Origin: a bacterium | GTDB lineage: Bacteria; UBA8248 | Direction of reading: 5' to 3' | DNA length: 64,000 bases | Assembly: GCA_965199855.1 (NCBI GenBank) | Contig: OZ241326.1 | Location: 1,408,001-1,472,000, forward strand | Part shown: positions 9,262 through 18,434 of the stretch, piece by piece | Layout of the letters: every line of letters starts with the position of its first letter | Position numbering within the stretch: the stretch's first letter is position 1 | The notes under the pieces: generated by a model | The model's database searches: none | What the model saw: only the letters and a program-made list of their open reading frames with translations | What the model was told of the DNA's origin: nothing | Translations under genes and position numbers: made by a program

Positions 9262-10095
9262 TCACTTTGAAGACCCCTCGCTCGACTCATCCCGTTTGGC
9301 CCACCAATCTTTGATTGCGGCGTCCTGAAAAGTCTCAATCCCGTGTTTTCTGTTTTTGCGGAAATAGCGCCTGCCCTCGTCTGCTTTATTCTTGCGCGCC
9401 ACATCTTCGGCTGAAGGGCAGCAACCGTCGCGGAGCGTCGGACGCGTCGCAGTTGCCAGCAAGGCATCGAAATTCAGGCCCGGGCTGTCCGCCGGCGTCG
9501 GCCACGGGATTTTCAGGAAGCCGCGCCGATTGACGACGAGTTCCTCGCCGTATGCGGAGATTATCTTCTTTCCATAGAGCGACTTCTCTCCATCGCGGCG
9601 CGACTCCTCGGATACGCGCTTGGCCCAGCATTCGCGCGGATCATCGGGGACTGAGCCGTTCGGGTTCTCAAGGAGCGCGACGCATCCCCACCCACAGGCG
9701 GCCGAAATGCGGTTGCGCTTCTCGCCTTTGCTAGTCTCGGCAGTCCATAGGCGCGCCGCTTCCTGGACGAGGTCTTCGCCGGTAGTTATGTCTCGCGCGC
9801 ACGGGACGACAATAGCTTGCCCGAATTGCGCGCGGTCAAGAGCGGGGGAAAAGACCATCGTGTACGAATCTCCACGAGAGCGAGAAAGGCGCCCATAGCG
9901 AATCGGGACCTTTACATATTGCCTGTTGTCCACGTGGAGACGGTCGCGCCGCCATTCTTCTCTATGAGGCTTGTCGTCCCAATACAACGATCCGATTATC
10001 AATACGCCGATCCTGAATTTCCGTCTCACCGACGTCGTCTTCCCGTTTTTCGCGCTCTTCGCCTCGCGGCGAGAATCCGTCAGGCGCTCATCCAT
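9262..10095 (-). CDS. Hypothetical protein, lower GC than its neighbours
   Basis: Open frame with globular-looking sequence (IGVLIIGSLYWD...VPIRYGRLS...YTMVFS); start overlaps the upstream stop; start position uncertain. Confidence 0.6.
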   Translation of the reverse strand: MDERLTDSRREAKSAKNGKTTSVRRKFRIGVLIIGSLYWDDKPHREEWRRDRLHVDNRQYVKVPIRYGRLSRSRGDSYTMVFSPALDRAQFGQAIVVPCARDITTGEDLVQEAARLWTAETSKGEKRNRISAACGWGCVALLENPNGSVPDDPRECWAKRVSEESRRDGEKSLYGKKIISAYGEELVVNRRGFLKIPWPTPADSPGLNFDALLATATRPTLRDGCCPSAEDVARKNKADEGRRYFRKNRKHGIETFQDAAIKDWWAKRDESSEGSSK

Positions 10096-11213
10096 CCCTC
10101 TATCCTGTCGGCGGCCTTCAAGCCGTGGCCCGTCGCCGGAACGACGACCGTCTCCGACGCCCTGATCTTTCCCGCCTCCGCGAGCAGGGCGGCGGCCGCG
10201 AAGGCGACCGCGCTCGTCGGCTCCATGAGAATCCCCTCGCGCGCGAACGCCCGGAGGACGGGGGGCAGGCGCGCGTCTTCCACCGCGAGAAAGCCGCCCC
10301 CGCTCTCGCGGGCGGCCGCGAGCATCCGCCTCCACCGGATGGGTTTCGAGATGGAAATGCCCTCGGCGAGCGTGGGCTTCGCGCGCAGAGCGGGCGGGGC
10401 CTCGAGATTCTCCTCCCACGTCCGCGCCATCGGCGCGCAGTTCGCCGCCTGCGCCGCGAAGATTCTCGGTAGCCTCTCGATGAGGCCGGCGCGCAGGAGC
10501 TCGGAAAACCCCCGGTGCGCGCCGATGAGCGTCGAGCCGTGGCCCGCGGGGACGACGACGGCGTCGGGGGCGCGGAAGCCGAGCTGCTCCCACGCCTCGA
10601 ACGCCCAGGTCTTGGTTCCGTGGTTGAACCAGTCGTTCCAGAAGTGCGAGGCGTAGAAGCGCTCCCCGGCCGCGGCGGCCGCCGCGGCCGAGGCGGCTTC
10701 CCGGGGGCCGGGCACTTCATGGAGAACGGCGCCGTAGGCGGCGATCTGCGCGCGCTTGGCCGCGGAGGTGGAGGCGGGGACGTAGATGTCGCACGCCACG
10801 CCCGCGCGCGCGGCGTAGGCGGCGATGGCGGCGGCCGCGTTGCCGGAGGAATCGGCCAGTATCTCTTCGATTCCCCACTCCTTGATCTTGGAGATGAGCG
10901 CGGCCGCGCCGCGATCCTTGAACGAGCCGGTGGGGAGGAGAAAATCGAGCTTGCAGAGGATTTCCATGCCTGCGAAGGGAACGGGGGCGAGCGGCGTCAT
11001 GCCCTCGCCCATGCTGACGACGCGCGCGTCGTCCGCTATCGGAATCGCCTCGCGGTAGCGCCAGAGGCCGGCGGGCCGCCCGGCGAGGGATTCGCGCGCG
11101 AACATGCCGCTCCATTCCACCTCCAGCGGCCCGCCGCAGCCGCATCGCCAGCGGGGGACGTCCGGGGGGTGCGCTTCGCCGCATTCGATGCAGGTGAGAC
11201 TCGCGTCGCCCAT
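10080..11213 (-). CDS. thrC: Threonine synthase-like PLP-dependent enzyme
   Basis: N-terminal Zn ribbon CIECG...CGCG, GLWRY, GEGMTPL, PTGSFKDRG (PLP lysine), SSGNAA, EPTSA, TGHGLK. Confidence 0.85.
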   Translation of the reverse strand: MGDASLTCIECGEAHPPDVPRWRCGCGGPLEVEWSGMFARESLAGRPAGLWRYREAIPIADDARVVSMGEGMTPLAPVPFAGMEILCKLDFLLPTGSFKDRGAAALISKIKEWGIEEILADSSGNAAAAIAAYAARAGVACDIYVPASTSAAKRAQIAAYGAVLHEVPGPREAASAAAAAAAGERFYASHFWNDWFNHGTKTWAFEAWEQLGFRAPDAVVVPAGHGSTLIGAHRGFSELLRAGLIERLPRIFAAQAANCAPMARTWEENLEAPPALRAKPTLAEGISISKPIRWRRMLAAARESGGGFLAVEDARLPPVLRAFAREGILMEPTSAVAFAAAALLAEAGKIRASETVVVPATGHGLKAADRIEGWMSA

Positions 11214-11357
11214 TTTTCGCCGTCCGCGCGTTCGCTTATAGTGCGGGTGATTCGAGGGCTTCAGGCTAAATGATTCCGCGCGCCCGCGTCCAGCCGCGCG
11301 GGAGCGGCTCGCCTCGGGGCGAGGGGTGCCCCGGGCCGCGGGAAAGGAGGGAGGAAG

Positions 11358-12659
11358 ATGGCGACCGACCCGAGGTTTTTTCCCGAAGACGGCCGCCTGG
11401 GCGGCGCCGCGGCTTCTTTCTCCGCCGCCGAGCGCGACAGGAGGTGGAACGCGGTTCGCGCCGCCATGGACGCGCGGGGGCTGGACTGCCTCCTCATCGT
11501 GGGGCGGGGGTCGAACGGCAACGGCAGCGTCCGCTGGCTCGACGGGGGCGACTACGGGGAGCGCAGCATGGTCTTCCCCCGCGAGGGCGCGCCCGTCACC
11601 TTCTGGCTCCTGCAGAACTGGGGCAAGTGGTACGCCGGCTCGTGCTTCGAGGGGGTGCGCTACCGGGGACACGAGGGCAAGGTGAGCATCGTGGCCGCCG
11701 ACGCCGTCCGGGAGCTGGGCTATGAGCGGGGGCGAATCGGCATCGTCGGCCTCATCGGAGGGGGCTACGGCGCGGAGGGCGCGATTCCCTACATGACCTA
11801 TCAGAACCTCAGACGCCTGCTGCCGGACGCGGCGTTTTCCGACGCCTCGGACGTCCTCGCGCGCCTTCGCATGGTGAAGAGCGCCGAGGAGGTCGCCATG
11901 ATGGAGAAGGCGGCGGAGATGGCGAACGTGGAGATAGACGCCGTGCTCGCGCATTGCCGCCCGGGCGTCCGCGAAAGCGAGATATACGCGGCGCTTTTCG
12001 ACGCCAGCCTGCGGGCGGGAGCGGAGGAGGGCCGCGACAACTGGCTGATTCTCTGCTCGGGCAAGGGCTTTCCGGTGAACCGCAGGCCCACGGACAGGAT
12101 TCTCCGCGCGGGGGACATGCTGTGCATCGGCTACTACGCGCGCTACGGGGGCTACTGGAGCCACCCGCACACCTCGATGTCGCTCGGCCCGATTGACGAG
12201 GAATACAGGCCGCTGCGCGACGCCGTGCGGGAGAGCCTCCACGCTGCGCTCGAGGCGCTCAGGCCCGGGACGCCCTGGTCGGAGGTGGACCGCGCCTCCG
12301 GCGAGGCGGTTCTGAGGGCGGGGTATTATCACGAAATTCCCCAGGTGCACGGCGTGGGGATAGACGGCATCGAGCCGCCCATGACGACGATATGCGCCGG
12401 CGAGATTCCCCGGAGCGCCCCCTGGCGGGAGCCCTTCGTGGAGGGGAGCCTGGCGGAGAACCCCGAATGGCGCGCCCTCGCGGGAGATCGCTACGGCTTT
12501 CTGGAGGATTTCGAGGTCGAGGCGGGCATGACGCTCGCCGTCGAGGTGAAGGCGGCCCACGAGGACAGGATGTTCCTGGTGTTCGGCCCCCAGGTGATCG
12601 TCGAGGCGGAGGGCGCCCGCGTCCTGAACCCCGACGCGATGGACGTAATCGAACTCTAG
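11358..12659 (+). CDS. M24 family (Xaa-Pro peptidase/creatinase-like) protein with atypical metal ligands
   Basis: Creatinase-type N-domain, RMVKSAEE, HGVGID, GMTLAVE. Confidence 0.8.
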   Translation: MATDPRFFPEDGRLGGAAASFSAAERDRRWNAVRAAMDARGLDCLLIVGRGSNGNGSVRWLDGGDYGERSMVFPREGAPVTFWLLQNWGKWYAGSCFEGVRYRGHEGKVSIVAADAVRELGYERGRIGIVGLIGGGYGAEGAIPYMTYQNLRRLLPDAAFSDASDVLARLRMVKSAEEVAMMEKAAEMANVEIDAVLAHCRPGVRESEIYAALFDASLRAGAEEGRDNWLILCSGKGFPVNRRPTDRILRAGDMLCIGYYARYGGYWSHPHTSMSLGPIDEEYRPLRDAVRESLHAALEALRPGTPWSEVDRASGEAVLRAGYYHEIPQVHGVGIDGIEPPMTTICAGEIPRSAPWREPFVEGSLAENPEWRALAGDRYGFLEDFEVEAGMTLAVEVKAAHEDRMFLVFGPQVIVEAEGARVLNPDAMDVIEL

Positions 12660-12739
12660 GGACGAAAAGAGAGGCGAACGGGGGAGCCGCCCGGCGCTCC
12701 CGAAGGGCTTCTCACGGGCGAGCCGCGCCGCCGGCGGCG

Positions 12740-14080
12740 CTATTTTCCGTAGCGCGTCTCGTAGAAGTCGAGCATCTTCTGAATCTGCTCCCTGCTCACC
12801 CCCTTGCGCCAGGCGTGGTGCTTCCCCTTCACGAACTCCTCGCTCACGCCGGGCATCAGCTCCTCCGCCTCCGGCAGGAACTTGAAGTAGAAGTGCTTGG
12901 CGACCTCGTAGAACCCGTGCCACTGCGTGAAGTCCGGCCCCTGCATGGAGGCGCCCATCCGCGCGCGGCGGCCCTCGTGGTGCCACAGCTCGAAGAAGGT
13001 CCACTCGATCTTCTCGTCGAACGGGGCGACGGTGAGCTTCCCCTCCTTTCTGAGGGCGTTCATGACGTTCTGCGCCGGAATCGCGAACTTCTCGTTGTAG
13101 AGCTCGATGACGTTGTCGTATTGCGTATAGAAGGCGTTCACGAACGCCGGGCTGTGGCAGGCGCCGCACACGATCTTCATGTCCGCCCGCTTCCGCTCCC
13201 AGTCGGGGAGCTTCTTCGAGACGACGGGCCGCAGCGTCCAGCTGATGCGCTTGCCCACGTCGTGGGTGGTGGGCAGCTTCGGCGCCGCGCTCATGTGGCA
13301 CGTCGCGCAGGTGGGCGCCGCCGTGTAGTCCTTCCCGACCACCCAGCTCCGGCTCTCCAGGTTCATCTCCTTCTCGCGGGCGTGGAAGATGATGCCGTGC
13401 TTCGACTCCTCGTAGATCTCGATTTGGGGATGATCCGGCCCCATGTGGCACTTCCCGCAGTTCTCGGGCCGGCGCGACTGCGCGGGGGAGAACTGGTGCC
13501 GCGCGTGGCAGGCCGAGCAGGTGCCGTTGCTGCCGTCGGGGTTGATGCGCCCCATGCCCGTGTTGGGCCAGGTGGCGGGGTCGAGCCGCCCGCTGGCGAG
13601 CACCCGCACCGTCGAGCCGTGGCACTTCTGGCATCCGCCCACCGCCGCGGGCACGCCCTCGACGACGACGCCCAGGAAGTTGTCCAGGCTGCCGATGAAG
13701 CGCGCCGCCTTGGCGTGGTGGCTCGCCGTGAATTCCCTGGCCTGCTGGGCGTGGCACTTCGAGCAGTCCCTGGGCGAGACGATGACGGCGACCAGGGAGC
13801 CCTCGTGCTGCCAGGCGTCGCTGTCTTCCTTCTGCGCCTGGTGGCAGTCCAGGCAGCCCACCCCGAGCTGCGCGTGGCGGCTGTCGCGCCACTGGGCGAC
13901 GATGCCCGGCGATTTTTCCGTATGGCAGTTCACGCACCCCTCGTTTCTGGCGGTGACGATGGACTTCCTCTTGCGCTCGGGAACGAGGCGCTCGCTCTCG
14001 ATGAGGCCGACGATGAGGAGGGAGCCCAGGAAGAACAGGCTCAGGACGGCGACTATCCACTGCTTGGTTCGGAGCTGCAC
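12740..14080 (-). CDS. Membrane-anchored octaheme cytochrome c, hydroxylamine oxidoreductase (HAO)-like
   Basis: Eight CxxCH motifs counted; CHMGPDHPQIEIYEESKHG; GPDFTQWHG; N-terminal TM helix. Confidence 0.88.
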   Translation of the reverse strand: MQLRTKQWIVAVLSLFFLGSLLIVGLIESERLVPERKRKSIVTARNEGCVNCHTEKSPGIVAQWRDSRHAQLGVGCLDCHQAQKEDSDAWQHEGSLVAVIVSPRDCSKCHAQQAREFTASHHAKAARFIGSLDNFLGVVVEGVPAAVGGCQKCHGSTVRVLASGRLDPATWPNTGMGRINPDGSNGTCSACHARHQFSPAQSRRPENCGKCHMGPDHPQIEIYEESKHGIIFHAREKEMNLESRSWVVGKDYTAAPTCATCHMSAAPKLPTTHDVGKRISWTLRPVVSKKLPDWERKRADMKIVCGACHSPAFVNAFYTQYDNVIELYNEKFAIPAQNVMNALRKEGKLTVAPFDEKIEWTFFELWHHEGRRARMGASMQGPDFTQWHGFYEVAKHFYFKFLPEAEELMPGVSEEFVKGKHHAWRKGVSREQIQKMLDFYETRYGK

Positions 14081-14098
14081 GGGCTTCCTCCTTTCTTC

Positions 14099-15154
14099 CT
14101 AGTGTCCCGAAAGACCCTCGATGACGAGGAATATCGTCATCGTGACGACGGCGAGAACGCCCGCGTAGACGCTGATCTCCCGGCCGGGGGCGAGGCGCTC
14201 GAGGGCGGCGTCCACCCACGGCCAGGCGAACATGAGGAGGACGGCGAGAATCGCGCCGATGATGCCCGCCTCGAAGGAGAACAGCTTGAGCCAGCGGAAG
14301 ACGGGGTAGAAATACCACTCGGGCTTGATGTGCTCGGGCGTTACGGCCGGGTTCGCCGGCTCGCCCATCTGGACGGGGAAGATGATGGCCAGCTGGCTGA
14401 CCAGGAAGATGAGAAAGACGCCCAGCGCCGCTTCGGTGAGGAAGTGATCCGGGAAGAACGGGAAGAAGCGGTCCTTCTTCGCCGCTTCGTCCCGGGGGTC
14501 GATGAACTCGCTCACCCCGTGAATGCGGATGAAGAAGACGTGCAGCGCCAGCAGGGCGAAGGCGGTCGTCGGCAGGATGCCGATGTGGAGCACGTAGAAG
14601 CGCGTGAGCGTGTTCGCGCCGACGACGGGGCCGCCGCGCATGAAGCCCGCGAGGTAGGGGCCGGCCACCGGCACGGCCGCCGCGATGTTCGCGCCCACGA
14701 CGGCGGCCCAGTAGGAGACCTGGTTGTAGATGAGGGAGTAGCCCGTGAAGCCGAACGTGAAGACGGTGATCAGAAGCCCCATGCCGATGAGCCAGTTGAG
14801 CTCGCGCGGCTTGCGGTACGCGCCGGTGAAGAACACCCGCATCATGTGGAGGATGACGGCCACCACCATCAGCTCCGCCGACCAGCGGTGTATCCCCCGA
14901 ATCCACCAGCCGAAGGGGACGGCCTCGGTGATGTGGCGCACCGACTCGTACGCCTTGCCCGGCTCCGGCACGTAGTAGAAGGCGAGGGCGATGCCCGTGA
15001 CGATTTGAATGAAGAACAGATACAGCGGCGTGCCGCCCACGCAGAACCACCATTTCTTGAGGTGGCGCGGAATGGGCTCGCTCGTGAGGTGTCTGAGGTG
15101 GCTCCAGTCGAAGGGAACCCGCTCTCCGAGCCAGGCTGCAATGCGGCCGTTCAC
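14099..15154 (-). CDS. Cytochrome b of a Rieske/cyt b complex (unsplit b6 + subunit IV type)
   Basis: IRGIHRWSA, LHMMRVFFTGAYRKPRELNW, TRFYVLH, PEHIKPEWYF. Confidence 0.93.
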   Translation of the reverse strand: MNGRIAAWLGERVPFDWSHLRHLTSEPIPRHLKKWWFCVGGTPLYLFFIQIVTGIALAFYYVPEPGKAYESVRHITEAVPFGWWIRGIHRWSAELMVVAVILHMMRVFFTGAYRKPRELNWLIGMGLLITVFTFGFTGYSLIYNQVSYWAAVVGANIAAAVPVAGPYLAGFMRGGPVVGANTLTRFYVLHIGILPTTAFALLALHVFFIRIHGVSEFIDPRDEAAKKDRFFPFFPDHFLTEAALGVFLIFLVSQLAIIFPVQMGEPANPAVTPEHIKPEWYFYPVFRWLKLFSFEAGIIGAILAVLLMFAWPWVDAALERLAPGREISVYAGVLAVVTMTIFLVIEGLSGH

Positions 15155-15157
15155 GGC

Positions 15158-15613
15158 TCACGCCTCCGGCATGGTGACGAAAACGCTCGCCCCGCGCACT
15201 TCCACGGGGTATTGGGCGAGGGGGGTGGGCGGAGGGCCCGACGCGGGACGCCCGTCGGCGTCGAAGTAGCCGTTGTGGCAGGGGCAGAAGAAGACCTTTT
15301 TCTCTCCCTGCCAGTACACCTGGCACCCCAGGTGCGTGCAGGCGGTGGAGAACGCGCGCGCCGTCCCGCCCGCGCGCACGAGCAGGAATTTTCTGCCCGT
15401 GAGGTCGCGGGCGAGAAGGCTTCCGCCCTCGGGGATGTCGTCGAGGGAGCCTGCGAGCACCTGCGTGGTTCGAGGCGGGCGCTGCCTGCCGAAGAGATAG
15501 CGCAGCCCGTAGAGGGCGGCCGCGCCGTAGCTGACGATGAGGCCGCCGAGCATGAAGATCGTGGCGAGAAAGCCCCGCCGCTCGATGCCGCCGCCCGTCT
15601 CGGAAGACGCCAT
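15158..15613 (-). CDS. Rieske [2Fe-2S] subunit with Tat signal/anchor
   Basis: ERRGFL Tat motif; CTHLGC and CPCH boxes. Confidence 0.92.
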   Translation of the reverse strand: MASSETGGGIERRGFLATIFMLGGLIVSYGAAALYGLRYLFGRQRPPRTTQVLAGSLDDIPEGGSLLARDLTGRKFLLVRAGGTARAFSTACTHLGCQVYWQGEKKVFFCPCHNGYFDADGRPASGPPPTPLAQYPVEVRGASVFVTMPEA

Positions 15614-15829
15614 TCGCCTCCCCCCAAAGACGAAAGCCGCGCGCCGGAACCCGAGGCGCCCAAGCGCGATTATAGCGGAAAACCCGCCCGCCGCAAGGGA
15701 AAATCACCGGAGGCGGCGGGGCTTCGCCGCGCGAGGGCCGGGACCGCGCAAAGCGGGGCGGAATCTGATACGATGCGCCCCTATCGATGACGACGGCGGA
15801 ATGCGGATTTCCCGCTTGGAGGAAAAGGC

Positions 15830-17725
15830 ATGGGCTACGCGGAGGTTCACGGCCGCTCCCTCTCCGACCCGCGGGCGTTCTGGGCGGAGGCGGCGGAGGA
15901 TATTCACTGGTACAGGAAGTGGGACGAGGTGCTCGACGACTCCAACCCGCCCTTCTATCGCTGGTTCGCCGGAGGCGAGGTCAACACCTGCTACAACGCG
16001 CTGGATCGCCACGTCGAGGCGGGGCGGGGGGATCAGCTCGCTCTGATATACGACACCCCCATCACGGGCGAGCCCGCCCGGAAGTTCACCTATCGGGAGC
16101 TGCTGCGCGAGGTGGCGCGTTTCGCGGGCGCGCTCCGGGCGCAGGGGGTGGAGAAGGGCGACCGCGTCATCATCTACATGCCGATGGTGCCCGAGGCCGC
16201 CGTCGCCATGCTCGCCTGCGCGCGCATCGGCGCGGTGCACTCGGTCGTCTTCGGGGGGTTCGCCCCGAACGAGCTGGCCACGCGCATCGACGACGCCAGG
16301 CCGAAGGTCATGGTCTCCGCCTCGTGCGGGGTCGAGCCCTCGGGCGTCATCGCCTACAAGCCGCTGCTCGACGCGGCCATCGACCTCTCGGGGGCGAAGC
16401 CGGAGAAGTGCGTCATTCTCCAGCGCCCCCAGGTCGAGGCGGAGCTCGTCGAGGGGCGCGACGTCGAATGGGGCGCCGCGCTCGCGGGGGCGGAGCCCGC
16501 GGACTGCGTCCCCCTCGCCGCCACGGACCCGCTCTACGTCCTCTACACCTCGGGCACGACGGGCGAGCCGAAGGGGGTGGTGCGCGACAACGGCGGCCAC
16601 ATGGTGGCGCTCAAGTGGTCGATGAGGAACGTCTATGGCGTGGAGCCGGGCGAGGTGTTCTGGGCGGCGTCCGACGTGGGCTGGGTGGTGGGGCATTCCT
16701 ACATCGTGTATGGGCCGCTCGTTCACGGCTGCGCCACCATCCTCTTCGAGGGCAAGCCCGTGGGGACGCCGGACGCCGGCGTCTTCTGGCGCGTCATCTC
16801 CGAGCACGGCGTCCGGGTGTTCTTCACGGCGCCCACGGCGTTTCGCGCCATCAAGCGCGATGATCCGGACGCCGAGCTCATGAAGCGCCATGATCTCTCC
16901 GGCTTCCGCACCCTCTTTCTGGCGGGGGAGCGCTCGGACCCGGACACCGTGCAGTGGGCGGAGAAGCACCTCGGGGTTCCCGTCATCGATCACTACTGGC
17001 AGACGGAGACGGGCTGGCCGATGCTGGCGAACCCCGTCGGCATCGAGAGCCTGCCCGTCAAATACGGCTCCCCCACGAAGCCCGTGCCGGGCTACGACTT
17101 CGAGGTTCTCGACGGCGAGTGCCGCCCGCTGGGCGCGGGCGAGATGGGCGCGCTGTGCGTGCGGCTCCCCCTGCCGCCCGGCTGCCTGCCGACGCTCTGG
17201 AACGCGGACGCGCGCTTCGTGGACTCCTACCTGAGCGAATACCCGGGCTTCTACAAGACGGGCGACGCCGGCTACGTGGACGAGGACGGCTACGTCTTCG
17301 TCATGTCGCGGACGGACGACATCATCAACGTGGCAGGGCACAGGCTCTCCACGGGCGCGATGGAGGAGGTGCTGACCTCCCACCCCGACGTGGCCGAGTG
17401 CGCCGTCATCGGCGTGAAGGACGAGCTCAAGGGCCAGCTCCCGCTCGGCTTTCTGGTGCTCAAGGCGGGCGTCGAGAGAGAGGACGCGGAGATCGTGGGC
17501 GAGGTGGTGGGGCTCGTCCGCAGCCGGATCGGCGCGGTGGCCGCCTTCCGGCGGGCGGCGGTGGTGAAGCGCCTGCCCAAGACGCGCTCGGGCAAGATTC
17601 TGCGGGGAACGATGTCGCGCATCGCCGACGGCGAGGAATACAAAACGCCCGCCACCATCGACGACCCCGCCATTCTGCCCGAAATCACCGAGGCGCTCGC
17701 CGCGCTGGGCTATCCGGGGGAGTAG
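15830..17725 (+). CDS. prpE: Propionyl-CoA/short-chain acyl-CoA synthetase
   Basis: YTSGTTGEPKG, ASDVGWVVGHSY, DHYWQTE, RTDDIINVAGHRLS, LPKTRSGK. Confidence 0.85.
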   Translation: MGYAEVHGRSLSDPRAFWAEAAEDIHWYRKWDEVLDDSNPPFYRWFAGGEVNTCYNALDRHVEAGRGDQLALIYDTPITGEPARKFTYRELLREVARFAGALRAQGVEKGDRVIIYMPMVPEAAVAMLACARIGAVHSVVFGGFAPNELATRIDDARPKVMVSASCGVEPSGVIAYKPLLDAAIDLSGAKPEKCVILQRPQVEAELVEGRDVEWGAALAGAEPADCVPLAATDPLYVLYTSGTTGEPKGVVRDNGGHMVALKWSMRNVYGVEPGEVFWAASDVGWVVGHSYIVYGPLVHGCATILFEGKPVGTPDAGVFWRVISEHGVRVFFTAPTAFRAIKRDDPDAELMKRHDLSGFRTLFLAGERSDPDTVQWAEKHLGVPVIDHYWQTETGWPMLANPVGIESLPVKYGSPTKPVPGYDFEVLDGECRPLGAGEMGALCVRLPLPPGCLPTLWNADARFVDSYLSEYPGFYKTGDAGYVDEDGYVFVMSRTDDIINVAGHRLSTGAMEEVLTSHPDVAECAVIGVKDELKGQLPLGFLVLKAGVEREDAEIVGEVVGLVRSRIGAVAAFRRAAVVKRLPKTRSGKILRGTMSRIADGEEYKTPATIDDPAILPEITEALAALGYPGE

Positions 17726-17820
17726 AGGGAAACCCTGTCGCCGTCCGTATTCCCGAAGGAGAAAGCGCGCGCGCCGGGGAGCGCCCCTTGACTTCCCTGC
17801 GGGGCGGGAAGCGCGCCCCG

Positions 17821-18339
17821 TCAGAGGTTGCGGAGCCGGCGGGCGCGGGCGCGCTCCTTCTTGGAGGCGCGCCTGGGGTTTCCCTTCTTTTTCGTTCCGC
17901 GCCGGGGCGCCGGGGGCGGCGCGTCGCCTTCCCCCGCGTCTTCCTCCATGAGCGAAGCCTGCCGGAGGCGATCCCGAAATTCTCCCGTCCGCACGACCTC
18001 CGCCGCCCAGGGCGCCGCGGCCTCCCCGAGCGCCCTGTCCGAGGTGACGAGAACCGCGCCCCTGTGGGCGCCCTTCAGAAGGCGTAGAATGAGCGCGTCG
18101 GCGATTTCGTTTCTCGAGAAAAGCACCTCGATTCCGCCCGCCCCCGCGCTTCCGCCCCGGTCGTGATGGGATTTGCCGTCGAACACGACGGTGATTCGGG
18201 GGCCGCCCCCCGCGCTCCGGCGGTAGGCGCGGAGCGTCTCGACCAGGCCCTCGCGCCCGGCTTCGAGGTCCCGGCGAAGGACGCGCCTGAGCTCCGGAAT
18301 CGCCGGAATGAGGTTGTAGCCGTCAATCAGGAGGCGCAT
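17821..18339 (-). CDS. NYN (YacP/Rae1-like PIN-fold) domain protein
   Basis: LLIDGYNL, VVFDG, ADALI, VTSDR acidic motifs. Confidence 0.85.
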   Translation of the reverse strand: MRLLIDGYNLIPAIPELRRVLRRDLEAGREGLVETLRAYRRSAGGGPRITVVFDGKSHHDRGGSAGAGGIEVLFSRNEIADALILRLLKGAHRGAVLVTSDRALGEAAAPWAAEVVRTGEFRDRLRQASLMEEDAGEGDAPPPAPRRGTKKKGNPRRASKKERARARRLRNL

Positions 18340-18434
18340 GGATTCTCTCCGGGGCCGGGCGCGCGGGCGGTGAATCGGGGACGCTGCTCAAGGGCGACGC
18401 GGTGAGGGGAGGAAGCCGGGCGCGCGGGATTCGC

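Noticed and set aside
12740-14080. Evidence for ammonia or hydroxylamine oxidation (nitrification)
   Set aside because: No amo or cycAB genes, and the C-terminal motif looks like the Trp (non-cross-linked) type.
15152-15160. Rieske TGA is in frame with the cytochrome b start (possible read-through fusion)
   Set aside because: Cyt b has its own GGAGG RBS and GTG start; no Cys context or SECIS-like hairpin.
10080-15707. 1875-aa ORF and other very long ORFs (12392-15790, 4742-7303, 18435-21173, 46033-48456, 48780-51224)
   Set aside because: R/G/P/A-rich shadow frames of high-GC genes; only the C-terminal parts matching thrC and coxM are real.
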